Made by a program: the position numbers and the translations under genes
The notes under the pieces: model-generated
Told to the model about the DNA's origin: nothing
The model's database searches: none
The model's input: only the letters and a program-made list of their open reading frames with translations
In this document: piece by piece, positions 6,342 to 15,608 of the stretch
How positions within the stretch are numbered: position 1 is the stretch's first letter
Layout: the number at the start of each line of letters is the position of its first letter
Virus record (IMG/VR): IMGVR_UViG_3300020045_015699
Coordinates: 1-30,903 of that record
DNA: 30,903 bases
Direction: 5' to 3' (one strand)
Origin: a virus
Taxonomy: Duplodnaviria > Caudoviricetes

Positions 6342-7586
6342 ATGAGTTTAAACGGTGCTTTTAGCGATATGTTCACTACACAAAAAAGAAGTGCTTCTTC
6401 TAATAGTTCCTATTATGGAAGTTTTGGAAGCGGTATTTTTTCGTTTGGTAGTGGAGTAGGTTCAAGTATGAACTACAAAAAATCGCTTACACTAACCGCT
6501 GTTTATAATGCAGTAGAACAAATCTCAAATGATATTGCAAAAATCCCTTTTTCTGTCAATCAGAAAGTAGGAAATAATAGAGAATCACGCCCAAATCATC
6601 CAGCGCAAAGGCTTATAGCATTTTCGCCAAACTCCTTAATGACTACGTTTATTTTCCGTAAAACAATGGCAATATCATTGCTTTTACGTGGAAATGCTTT
6701 GGCGTTAATAATTTTTGATGCTACAGGAAACCCAATCGAAACCATCTTTATCAATTGGGATAGAGTAACGAATATTCGCCTTAAAAATGGCGAATTGGTT
6801 TATGATGTCCAGGGCTTTGAAAATCCTCTTTTAGCTTCTGAAGTAATTCATTGGAAGCATTTTACACATGATGGAATTGTTGGTATTGGCCCAATAACGT
6901 ATGGAGCGCAACAATTAGGATTGGCAATCGAAGTACAGTCTTTTTCAGCAACCAATTTTGCTAATAAGGGCGTTCGTCAAGGAGTTGTTGAAAGTGAAAA
7001 AGCGTTAAATCCAACTGCAAAAACAAGTATTATTAGTGGTTTTAAAACGGCGATGGCTGAAAAATCACCTGATAGAGTAACTGTTTTGGATGAAGGTATG
7101 ACTTGGAAAGCAATTACCATCACGCCGCAAGAATTACAGATTATTGAAACGGCAAAATTCTCAGTAGAAGAAATTGCTCGAATATTCAACATTGCTCCAC
7201 ACAAAATTAAATCGTTGTCACAATCTACCGATAACAATATTGAGCAACAATCACTAGATCACGTTTCAGATACTATTCAACCATACATCACGAATATCGA
7301 ACAGGAATATGCTAAAAAGCTATTTACTGCCAAAGAAGGTGTAGCTGGTTTTTATGTTCGTGGAAATATGAATGTGTTGCTTCGTGCCGATATTAAGTCG
7401 CGTGCACAATGGATTACAGCAATGGTGTATTGTGGTGTAATGACAAGAAATGAAGGTCGCCAATATGAAGATATGAATGATGGCCCTGATTTCTTAAACG
7501 AACATTTGACACCTACAAATCAATTTATTGAAGAACAAATTCAACAAAATCTAAAAGAAAATAACAATGGAACTTCAACTAAATAA
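6342..7586 (+). CDS. Portal protein, HK97 family
   Basis: AVYNAVEQISNDIAKIP, LLLRGNA, EEIARIFNIAPHKI, NIEQQ and MTRNEGR motifs; first gene of the head operon. Confidence 0.93.
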   Translation: MSLNGAFSDMFTTQKRSASSNSSYYGSFGSGIFSFGSGVGSSMNYKKSLTLTAVYNAVEQISNDIAKIPFSVNQKVGNNRESRPNHPAQRLIAFSPNSLMTTFIFRKTMAISLLLRGNALALIIFDATGNPIETIFINWDRVTNIRLKNGELVYDVQGFENPLLASEVIHWKHFTHDGIVGIGPITYGAQQLGLAIEVQSFSATNFANKGVRQGVVESEKALNPTAKTSIISGFKTAMAEKSPDRVTVLDEGMTWKAITITPQELQIIETAKFSVEEIARIFNIAPHKIKSLSQSTDNNIEQQSLDHVSDTIQPYITNIEQEYAKKLFTAKEGVAGFYVRGNMNVLLRADIKSRAQWITAMVYCGVMTRNEGRQYEDMNDGPDFLNEHLTPTNQFIEEQIQQNLKENNNGTSTK

Positions 7587-8193
7587 ACCCGTAATCCGTG
7601 AAGCGTTTGTTCGTGCTATATCCGATAAAAATAAGGAAAATCGAGAAATAGAATTTGTGATATCAACCGAAGCGCCTGACACTTATGGAACGGTTTTTAA
7701 AATTTCGGGTTGGGATTTAAAGCGTTACGAAAACAATCCAATTGTTTTTTACGCACACAAAACATATTCCGATAATCCTGATATGGTTATTGGAACATCA
7801 ACGGTTCGAATTGAAGATAATCAGTTGATTGCAGTTGCTCGTTTCGAATCTGCTGAAATTAATCCTGTTGCTGAAAAAGTTTTTCAAAAAATACTAGCAG
7901 GAACATTACGAATGGCGTCTGTTGGTGCGAATCCTACAAAAGGACATTGGGGTGATGAAAAATTAAATGAAGATAGAGATTTGATTTATTTCGATGAACA
8001 GGAATTGTTAGAATGGTCCATTGTTCCGATAGGTTCTAATCCTGAAGCATTAAAAAGAGAAGCGCAAACCATCGAAGAAATTCGAGGTTTAATCGCAAAA
8101 GAAATTCCTGTAATCGAAGAAGTTCGAACAGACGAAAATAAAGAGTTCCAAACTTTTGAGGCTCAATTAATTATTAACTCTAATTTATTATAA
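7567..8193 (+). CDS. Prohead maturation protease, HK97 family
   Basis: NPIVFYAH (His), ASVG (Ser) and LLEWSIVPIGSNPEA; lies between portal and capsid genes. Confidence 0.9.
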   Translation: MELQLNKPVIREAFVRAISDKNKENREIEFVISTEAPDTYGTVFKISGWDLKRYENNPIVFYAHKTYSDNPDMVIGTSTVRIEDNQLIAVARFESAEINPVAEKVFQKILAGTLRMASVGANPTKGHWGDEKLNEDRDLIYFDEQELLEWSIVPIGSNPEALKREAQTIEEIRGLIAKEIPVIEEVRTDENKEFQTFEAQLIINSNLL

Positions 8194-8197
8194 GCAA

Positions 8198-9487
8198 ATG
8201 AAAAAATCTGCTGAATTAAAACAAGAACGAGCCTTAAAAATTAAGGCTCAACAAGATTTAACAGCTTTAGCAACGACTGAAACTCGCGCGCTGAATACTG
8301 AAGAAGCGACCGCTTTCCGTGCGGCTCAAATTGAAATTGATGATTTAACAGGTCAGATCGAAATCGCTGAAACTGCTGAACGTAATCAACGTTCGTTAGA
8401 GGGTTCTCAACCGACTGGTTTTGTACCTGAAGGACAACAAAGACAAGCCGATAAGCCTGTGTTTTCTTTGCACCGTGCCATCCGTTCGCAAATGGTAAAT
8501 GGTGGTGTTGTTTTGGCGGGTGCTGAATTAGAAATGCATGAAAGAGCGGCTAAAAGAGGTGCTGAATTAGGTATTGCTGTAGCTGGATTTGCAATAGAAA
8601 CTAGAGCTACCTCTCAAACGGTTACTGGTAATTCCGGTGCCGATGGTGGTAATTTAGTTGCTACTGATTTGCAATCGCCAATTGATTTCTTGCGTCCAGA
8701 GCCGTTAATGAAAAAATTAGGTGCTGTATATCAGTCAGGATTGACTGGTAATTTACGTTACCCAAAAAATGCGGGTGGTATTGTTGCTTCCTGGGAAGGT
8801 GAAACTGATACAGTTGATCCATCAGCAAACGCTTACGGTTATGTGGATTCAATTCCTAAAAGATTGGCGGTTACCGTGCCTATTTCATTGCAAAACTTAA
8901 TGCAGTCATCTATTGATTTAGAAGCTTATACTGCTAAAGAAATCAACGCGGCAATCGAAAACGCAATTGACGCCGCTGCGGTAAATGGCTCAGGAACAGG
9001 ACAGCCTTTTGGTGTTTTAAATGCTACTGGAACAAATTCGGTTGCAACTGGAACAGATGGTTCTGTACCTACATGGGCGAACGTCGTGGATTTGGAAACT
9101 GGTATTTTCGTTGCGAATGCTTCGGCTGCTAAAATGGCGTATATCGTTAACCCCCAAACTCGTGGTAAGTTGAAAAAAACAAAACACGAAGCTGGTGATT
9201 TAGGATATATCATGGATAAATCAGGCGAAATTAACGGATATCCTTCTGTGACTTCTAATCATGTTCCTGCGAATTTGACAAAAGGAACAGGAACGGCTTT
9301 GTCTGCTGCTGCTTTTGGTGACTGGAGTCAGTTGTTAATTAACCAATGGGGTTATATGGATTTTTCTGTAGATGAATTTTCTCGTAAAAAAGAAGGTTTT
9401 GTTGAAATCACTGTAAATGTTTTCTTGGATGTTTTAGTAAAACAGCCAAAAGCATTTTCTGTAATCAAAGGTTTGATAACTACATAA
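8198..9487 (+). CDS. Major capsid protein, HK97 fold with N-terminal delta domain
   Basis: Coiled-coil N-terminus, GGNLVATD, WEGET, NGSGTGQPFGVLN and FGDWS. Confidence 0.93.
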   Translation: MKKSAELKQERALKIKAQQDLTALATTETRALNTEEATAFRAAQIEIDDLTGQIEIAETAERNQRSLEGSQPTGFVPEGQQRQADKPVFSLHRAIRSQMVNGGVVLAGAELEMHERAAKRGAELGIAVAGFAIETRATSQTVTGNSGADGGNLVATDLQSPIDFLRPEPLMKKLGAVYQSGLTGNLRYPKNAGGIVASWEGETDTVDPSANAYGYVDSIPKRLAVTVPISLQNLMQSSIDLEAYTAKEINAAIENAIDAAAVNGSGTGQPFGVLNATGTNSVATGTDGSVPTWANVVDLETGIFVANASAAKMAYIVNPQTRGKLKKTKHEAGDLGYIMDKSGEINGYPSVTSNHVPANLTKGTGTALSAAAFGDWSQLLINQWGYMDFSVDEFSRKKEGFVEITVNVFLDVLVKQPKAFSVIKGLITT

Positions 9488-9499
9488 TCTGTAAAGAAA

Positions 9500-10009
9500 A
9501 TGAGTAATAAAAAAAACAATACAGCTGCCGTGTCGGTGGCTGTATTAAAATCAAATTTTGAAGCTGCTGAAACGGCTTTGAATGCGATTACGGAAACAGC
9601 AACGATTCAGGATAAGGAAAAAGCGCAAGGGGTTTTTAATGCTTTTGAAGAGGTTTTGAATTCAGTTAATACAACTGCAACGGCTACGCCTGAACAAAAG
9701 CAAAAAGCGCAATCCGATTTTGATAAAGCAAAATCTGAATTAGATGCAATTCTTTTACTTCCAACACTTGAAGAAAAAGAATTGGCGCAAACTGCTTTTG
9801 ATGAAGCGAAAACAGCGTATGAAACTGCAATTGCGCCAAAAACTTCAACTGCTCCAAAAGCAGAAAAGGAAAAGCGTTTAAAAGGTGTTTTTATCCTTTC
9901 TCCAACTGGAAGATTCAATTTAGGATACAACGTGGGCGAATCAGCTTCGTTACCTGAATTACAAGCTTTGGAACTGGAAGAAGCTGGCTATTTTAAGTTA
10001 GATAAATAA
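9500..10009 (+). CDS. Ala/Glu-rich head-associated protein with internal repeats
   Basis: Three imperfect TxxxKxxAQxxF repeats; directly after the capsid gene. Confidence 0.6.
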   Translation: MSNKKNNTAAVSVAVLKSNFEAAETALNAITETATIQDKEKAQGVFNAFEEVLNSVNTTATATPEQKQKAQSDFDKAKSELDAILLLPTLEEKELAQTAFDEAKTAYETAIAPKTSTAPKAEKEKRLKGVFILSPTGRFNLGYNVGESASLPELQALELEEAGYFKLDK

Positions 10010-10019
10010 TTCAATCACA

Positions 10020-10580
10020 ATGGTAACACATTCTTATACAACGATAACCGCGACAACTCCATTAATTACTTTGGCAGCGGCCAAAAAACAACTTCGTCAA
10101 GATGTTGCTTTCACGGCTGAAGATGATTTAATAGTGGAGCAAAGCGAAGCGGCACAAGTAGCTTGTGAAGATTATATCAACAGGGGAATTTCGGAACGTA
10201 AGTTCGTTATGGAATTATCTGTTTTTGAATCTCCTTTGACTTTCGCTCGAAATTATGAGAATGATGAAATCGAAAAGATTGAGTATTACGCACCTGGCGA
10301 TACTACGTTAACGACATTACCTGCTGATCAGTATGTATTGAGAAAGTCAAACATAATCGAATGTTTCGATATTAAGTTTCTTTCAATACCAGCTACAGAA
10401 GTTCGTGACGATGCAGTGATAATTACGGTAAAACAGGGCTTTACATTGGCAAAATGTCCAAAACCAATTTTACAGGCAATCAAACTGCGTATATCCGATT
10501 TCTACGAACGCCGTGAAGATCGTGAGCAAGGGAATTCGCCTGCGTCAAACAATTTACTTCGTCCATACCGTAAATTCTAA
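10020..10580 (+). CDS. Head-tail connector (HK97 gp6-like)
   Basis: ITLAAAKKQLR...EDDLI, PILQAIKLRISDFYERRED and LLRPYR. Confidence 0.85.
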   Translation: MVTHSYTTITATTPLITLAAAKKQLRQDVAFTAEDDLIVEQSEAAQVACEDYINRGISERKFVMELSVFESPLTFARNYENDEIEKIEYYAPGDTTLTTLPADQYVLRKSNIIECFDIKFLSIPATEVRDDAVIITVKQGFTLAKCPKPILQAIKLRISDFYERREDREQGNSPASNNLLRPYRKF

Positions 10581-10583
10581 ATT

Positions 10584-10919
10584 ATGTCAGATAATAAACC
10601 GTTTATAGGTCAAATGGACCGTATTATCACGATAGTAAAACTTATTCCTACTCGTAATTCTACGGGTGAAAAAGAAGTTACACAGGAAGTGATTTCGAAT
10701 CCATTTGCATATATGCAAGATGTTTCCGGTACCGAAGATGTTGAAGGTAAAGTTCGTTATATGGTAAATAAAAAATTCACGATTAGATACAATCCAATTG
10801 TGAATGATTTAAAAAACCAATTGGGATTATTGTATGAAGGTAAATTATATGACATCGTAAATGTTATTGAAATTGGGCGAAAATCTCACCTTCTGTTAAT
10901 TGTAAAAAATTATGAGTAA
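10584..10919 (+). CDS. Head closure protein (SPP1 gp16-like)
   Basis: GQMDRIITI, FTIRY and YDIVNVIEIGRK; expected position. Confidence 0.8.
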   Translation: MSDNKPFIGQMDRIITIVKLIPTRNSTGEKEVTQEVISNPFAYMQDVSGTEDVEGKVRYMVNKKFTIRYNPIVNDLKNQLGLLYEGKLYDIVNVIEIGRKSHLLLIVKNYE

Positions 10920-11460
10920 CCTAGGAATTACTGTGACTGGATTTCCTGAATTAAAAGCTAAAATTAAAGATTTGGCTAATGATAAGGATAAGAAAAAAGA
11001 AGTAACGCTTATCCTTCGTCAAGTGGCACGTCCTGCTGTTTTAGCGGCAAAAAATGCAGTTCCGGTAAGTACTAAGTCACATATTGCTCGAGGTAAAAGA
11101 ATTCAATCTAAAAACCTTCAAAAATCGATTGGATTGATTAATTCAAAATTAAGTAATCCAACGGTTTTGGCTGGTCCTCGTGTAAGGAATGGTAATGAAG
11201 GTTGGTACGGTCATATGGTACATGATGGGCATGATATTTACAGAAATAATCAAAACATTAAAAAAGTTTTGAAAAGCGGTCGTAAAAAAAGTGTTCTAGC
11301 TCGTATTACTAATAAGCGAAAAGGAAGTGCGGTTGGTAGAGTAGAAGGAATTCCATTTATGGATATTGCTTATGAGCAAACAAAGTCGGCTACAACGGCC
11401 GATGCTCAAGACAAATTAACCAAATTTATTCAAAGAAGAATTGATAAACTAAGTAGATAA
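10912..11460 (+). CDS. HK97 gp10-like neck/tail-completion protein
   Basis: Basic; VTGFPEL, NLQKSI, GWYGHMVHDGH and PFMDIAYEQ. Confidence 0.75.
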   Translation: MSNLGITVTGFPELKAKIKDLANDKDKKKEVTLILRQVARPAVLAAKNAVPVSTKSHIARGKRIQSKNLQKSIGLINSKLSNPTVLAGPRVRNGNEGWYGHMVHDGHDIYRNNQNIKKVLKSGRKKSVLARITNKRKGSAVGRVEGIPFMDIAYEQTKSATTADAQDKLTKFIQRRIDKLSR

Positions 11461-11801
11461 TGTTAGAACTATCAGATGAATTAGTGGATTTCCTTTTGGC
11501 TCAAACGGTTTTTACAACGGTTATGGGTGATCGTTTGTCGCCAATTGTTTCTTCTGTAGATGAAGTTTATCCTTTTGCAAATTATATTGTTCGCGAGCAG
11601 TCTGGGCAAAGTAAAGATGGTGATGCATCAGGTGCAACCCTGTTGTTTTATTTTGAACAAAATGGGTACCGAAAATGTGTTGAGTTTTTGGACCAAATGA
11701 AACCTATTATCAAAGAAAATTACGACTGGTTAAATTCTGAAATTGAATTTGTAGAAGTAGATCAGTCTTTTGTCGGAATTATTAACTTTAATAAAATATA
11801 G
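11460..11801 (+). CDS. Putative tail terminator
   Basis: Acidic 113-aa ORF immediately before the tail tube gene; called from synteny. Confidence 0.55.
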   Translation: MLELSDELVDFLLAQTVFTTVMGDRLSPIVSSVDEVYPFANYIVREQSGQSKDGDASGATLLFYFEQNGYRKCVEFLDQMKPIIKENYDWLNSEIEFVEVDQSFVGIINFNKI

Positions 11802-11806
11802 AACTT

Positions 11807-12226
11807 ATGGCTGGAAATACTTATGCCGGAAAAAATCTAAGAATTAGAGTAGAAGGAAAAACGATTTTCCATGCTACAGAATGTACATTTACAACTTCGA
11901 GAAATATGGAAAGCATTGCTTCCAAAGATACGAATGGTGAGCAAGTAACACCAGGGAATTATACTTGGGGAGTTTCTACAAACTTTTTGGTTGCAAATAT
12001 TCCAACGGCTTCTACAACTCAGATTGCTACCAAGCAAATATTAGATACCTACCAAGCGGGTACTGAGGTAGAGGTTTCATTCTCTACAGAAATTGTTGGT
12101 GATGTTATCATTACTGGACAATCTTTTATCGAAAGTATCAATATGTCAGCTCCTACAAATGGTGTGGCAACTGGTGATGCTTCATTCAAAGGAAATGGAG
12201 ATTTTGAAACTACTGTAGCGGCATAG
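11807..12226 (+). CDS. Major tail tube protein
   Basis: GKNLRI, ESIASKD, W-x-VS, GQSFIESINMSAP and ASFKGNG, typical of siphophage tube proteins. Confidence 0.85.
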   Translation: MAGNTYAGKNLRIRVEGKTIFHATECTFTTSRNMESIASKDTNGEQVTPGNYTWGVSTNFLVANIPTASTTQIATKQILDTYQAGTEVEVSFSTEIVGDVIITGQSFIESINMSAPTNGVATGDASFKGNGDFETTVAA

Positions 12227-12227
12227 T

Positions 12228-12575
12228 ATGGATGAAATCCTTTTAAAATTAGGTGATAAAAGTTTCAAGCTGAAATTCGGCTTGGGACTTTTTAGAATAT
12301 TGGGCCGAAAATGGCAGTTGCCTGGAATCGATGATGTTATTCAAAAAATAGCAGTTTTGGATTCGGTTGATCAAAAACTGACATTTGAGCAAATCGATAT
12401 TTTAGAAGAAATTCTATTATCGGCTATTCAATATGGCGGTTATGAAGGTGATACTAAAAGTTTGGATGTGATAGATTCCTTTTTTGCGAATCCCAACGCT
12501 TTGGATGAATTTAAAAATGCTTTGGTAGATTCATTACCAAAAAATATTGTTTCCGATGAAGAGGAGGGAAAGTAG
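12228..12575 (+). CDS. Tail assembly chaperone (gpG-like)
   Basis: Between the tube and tape measure genes; ends on slippery G GGA AAG TAG. Confidence 0.8.
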   Translation: MDEILLKLGDKSFKLKFGLGLFRILGRKWQLPGIDDVIQKIAVLDSVDQKLTFEQIDILEEILLSAIQYGGYEGDTKSLDVIDSFFANPNALDEFKNALVDSLPKNIVSDEEEGK

Positions 12576-12958
12576 ATGGTCATGAAAGTGACGAACCTTC
12601 CGAACCTTTAACCTGGGATAAACTCGAAGAAATTGCCCTTGGTGAACTCAGAATGACATTTCAAGAGTTATATTCTTTGACGCCTCGTTCTTTTTTTAAT
12701 GCCGTAAGTGGTAATAGAAAAAAAGAAGATGCTTATTCTAAAGAACGGTGGATTATGACGCGTAAAATAATTCACGCATCAATGAGGCCATATTTACAAA
12801 ATAATGAAGAGGAATATGATATCTTGCCTTTTAAATGGGAGAAAAAACAAATTGAAAAAATTAAAGCGGCTAAAATTTCATCTGCTGCTGATGATCTTAA
12901 GCGAATGAATGAGTATTGGGAGCGTCAAGATGCTCATATGAAAGCAAAAACCGAATAA
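12566..12958 (+). CDS. Tail assembly chaperone -1 frameshift extension (gpT-like)
   Basis: The -1 frame is open from GGGAAAG (12566-12572) through VDGHESDEPSEPLTWDKLEEIALGELR into the ORF called at 12653. Confidence 0.8.
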   Translation, partial: GKVDGHESDEPSEPLTWDKLEEIALGELRMTFQELYSLTPRSFFNAVSGNRKKEDAYSKERWIMTRKIIHASMRPYLQNNEEEYDILPFKWEKKQIEKIKAAKISSAADDLKRMNEYWERQDAHMKAKTE

Positions 12959-12990
12959 TGATATTCGTTTCTCTATTTTTTATTTTTTTT

Positions 12991-13017
12991 AAGCCAGTAG
13001 AAATACTGGCTTTTTTT
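12991..13017 (+). terminator. Intrinsic terminator
   Basis: aagccagta-gaaa-tactggctt plus a T run. Confidence 0.8.
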
Positions 13018-13076
13018 ATGTTTTTGTGAGGCACGAAGCAATCTCACTACAATATTCTGTAAAGTATTTTTTAAGC

Positions 13077-13126
13077 AGAAAGTTACATAATGTAACCACT
13101 TTCGAAATACCCTAAAACTACTTTTA
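13077..13126 (+). promoter_or_regulatory. Candidate late promoter, copy 2
   Basis: 47/50 identical to 6260-6309; ends 22 bp upstream of the tape measure ATG. Confidence 0.7.
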
Positions 13127-13148
13127 ACCATTCATTAAAAGTATTCAA

Positions 13149-15608
13149 ATGGCGTCATTAGCGAGTATTAATATACGTTTTTCGGTTGATCTCAAAGAGT
13201 TCTCTACTGAGATGCAAAACTCGTTGCGTACTATTGATAAGGTTGGACAAAAGATGCAGTCTGTTGGTAGAAACCTTTCTACATATGTAACGCTACCTAT
13301 TTTGGCGGCGGGTGCTGCAGCTGTAAAAATGGCTAGTGATTATAATGAATCTTTGAATAAGGTTGATGTATCTTTTAAAGGGTCGTCAGCACAAGTTAAG
13401 GAATTTGCAAAAACTACATTAGAAACAGCTGGTATTGCTGAAGGAACAGCGTTGGATATGTCCGCTGCTTATGGCGATATGGCTACTTCTATGGGGATTC
13501 CAACGGAACAAGCGGCGAAAATGTCAACTTCTTTAGTGGCTTTGGCTGGTGATTTAGCATCGTTCAAAAATATCTCTATCGATGTTGCAAATACTGCTAT
13601 ATCGGCAATTTTCACAGGTGAAACAGAATCCCTTAAAAAATTAGGCGTGGTAATGACTGAAGTTAATTTAAAACAGTTCGCTTTAAACTCAGGAATTAAG
13701 AAAACTTACGAAAGAATGTCTCAGGCCGAAAAAGTGCAATTGAGATATAATTACATTTTATCTGTAACAAAAAATGCTCAAGGAGATTTTGAGCGTACAC
13801 AAGGCGGTGCAGCCAATCAAACGAGAATATTTACCGAGAGTTTAAAGCAAGTGGGGCAACAAATGGGGCAAGTGATATTGCCTTTGTTTGTTAAAGTTAT
13901 TACTGCTGTAAATGAAAAAATAAAAGCCTTCTCAGGGCTTTCTGTGGCTACAAAAACAGTGATTGTGGTCATAGCTGGATTAGTGGCAGTTATAGGGCCG
14001 TTGTTGGTTGTTATTGGCGCTGTTCTGTCTGCTATTCCGGCTATTGTGGCTGGGTTTACGTTAGTGTCTGGGGCGATTGTTCCAATTATGGCTGGAATTG
14101 TTTTATTGGCTGGAATAATTAAAATTTTGGCTGATGGAACTAAAGATGCTACTAAAGCAATTGTACAGCTTTCTGATTCTCAAAAGTTAATCCAAAAGGT
14201 AACTGATGAAGCAACGTCTTCTATTGTAGATCAAAAATCACAATTGGAATTATTATTGATTACAGCTCGTAATGAAAATGAAACCAAGGCTAATCGATTA
14301 AAAGCTATCCAGGCAATTAATAAAATTTCACCTGAGTATTTGGGTAATCTTACTCTTGAAAATATAAATACGGATAAGGCTCGTATCTCAATCGAAAAAT
14401 ACAATAAAGCATTGATATCGGGTGCAACTGCACGTGCAGCTTCTCGTTTATTGGAGCAAAATCAAACCGATAAAATTAAAGCGGGTTTTGATCGTGAAAA
14501 AGCATTAGCTGAATATAACGAAAAAAGAAAAAATGCAATCGCTCAAGGTTGGGAAGCTGAAAAAGCATTCTATGAAGAAAATAACCGTTTGCTTCAATTT
14601 GCAAATGAGGCTTTGGATCGTAAAAATTCAAAATATGATTCTGAAGCAAAATTGCTTACTGAAATTTATAACCAAAATAAAAAGAATCTAGATCTTTTAA
14701 CTGGTGATGCAATAACTCCTGATGTTGTTGCTCCTGAAAAAGCAAAAAAACGAGATAATATTGATCCAATTAAAAATGAAATACAACCTCGTATTTCATC
14801 GGGAACAGCTCAAGCTTATGATGCTGAAATTGCTAAACTACAGCAATTTCGTGATGAAGTAGCTACAACAGCTGAACAGGTTAAAATGGCTGAAGATTTA
14901 ATTAAAGGTGTAGAGTTTGCTAAGGCGATAAATTTAGATCCTAGTTCATTAATTAAATCAGTGGAAACAACTGAGGAAATGATGGTTCGCTTATCAGCAT
15001 CCGTAAGTGGTGCAAAAGCGGTTTTGAATGCTGAGCAAATGCAAATGGTTATTAATGCTCAAAATTTCAACGAACAATTTAATACAGTTTGGTTAAATAC
15101 GCTTTCTGATATAGCGATAGGGTTCGGGGAGTTGGTAGGTAAATTTGCTGAAGGTGGTTTTTCGTTGTCAAATGTTGGTAATTTATTTTTGACTTCATTG
15201 GCTGATATGGCTATACAGGTGGGTAAAATTGCAATCACAACTGGTATTGCGGTTATGGGAATTAAAAAGGCTTTACAGTCTTTAAATCCATACGTAGCTA
15301 TTGCTGCGGGTGTAGCGTTGATAGCTGTTGGTACATTGGCAAAAACGCAATTAAACAAAGCGGGTGGTGGTACACAAGCTTTCGCAAATGGTGGTATAGT
15401 TTCAGGAACATCGCTTTATGGAGATAAGATATTGGCTCGTGTGAACTCCGGTGAAATGATTGCAAACCAAAAACAACAAAAGAATATTTGGAGCGCAATG
15501 AATAATGGTGGATCGGGTGCTGTTTTTATTCCTGATGTTAAGTTAAAAGGAAATGACATTTGGTTGTCATTTAAACGTACTGAAGAACTTAAAAACAGGA
15601 TTGGGTAA
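13149..15608 (+). CDS. Tail tape measure protein
   Basis: 819 aa, helical and Ala-rich, with hydrophobic central segments and C-terminal FANGGIV...VNSGEMI; follows the chaperones. Confidence 0.9.
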   Translation: MASLASINIRFSVDLKEFSTEMQNSLRTIDKVGQKMQSVGRNLSTYVTLPILAAGAAAVKMASDYNESLNKVDVSFKGSSAQVKEFAKTTLETAGIAEGTALDMSAAYGDMATSMGIPTEQAAKMSTSLVALAGDLASFKNISIDVANTAISAIFTGETESLKKLGVVMTEVNLKQFALNSGIKKTYERMSQAEKVQLRYNYILSVTKNAQGDFERTQGGAANQTRIFTESLKQVGQQMGQVILPLFVKVITAVNEKIKAFSGLSVATKTVIVVIAGLVAVIGPLLVVIGAVLSAIPAIVAGFTLVSGAIVPIMAGIVLLAGIIKILADGTKDATKAIVQLSDSQKLIQKVTDEATSSIVDQKSQLELLLITARNENETKANRLKAIQAINKISPEYLGNLTLENINTDKARISIEKYNKALISGATARAASRLLEQNQTDKIKAGFDREKALAEYNEKRKNAIAQGWEAEKAFYEENNRLLQFANEALDRKNSKYDSEAKLLTEIYNQNKKNLDLLTGDAITPDVVAPEKAKKRDNIDPIKNEIQPRISSGTAQAYDAEIAKLQQFRDEVATTAEQVKMAEDLIKGVEFAKAINLDPSSLIKSVETTEEMMVRLSASVSGAKAVLNAEQMQMVINAQNFNEQFNTVWLNTLSDIAIGFGELVGKFAEGGFSLSNVGNLFLTSLADMAIQVGKIAITTGIAVMGIKKALQSLNPYVAIAAGVALIAVGTLAKTQLNKAGGGTQAFANGGIVSGTSLYGDKILARVNSGEMIANQKQQKNIWSAMNNGGSGAVFIPDVKLKGNDIWLSFKRTEELKNRIG

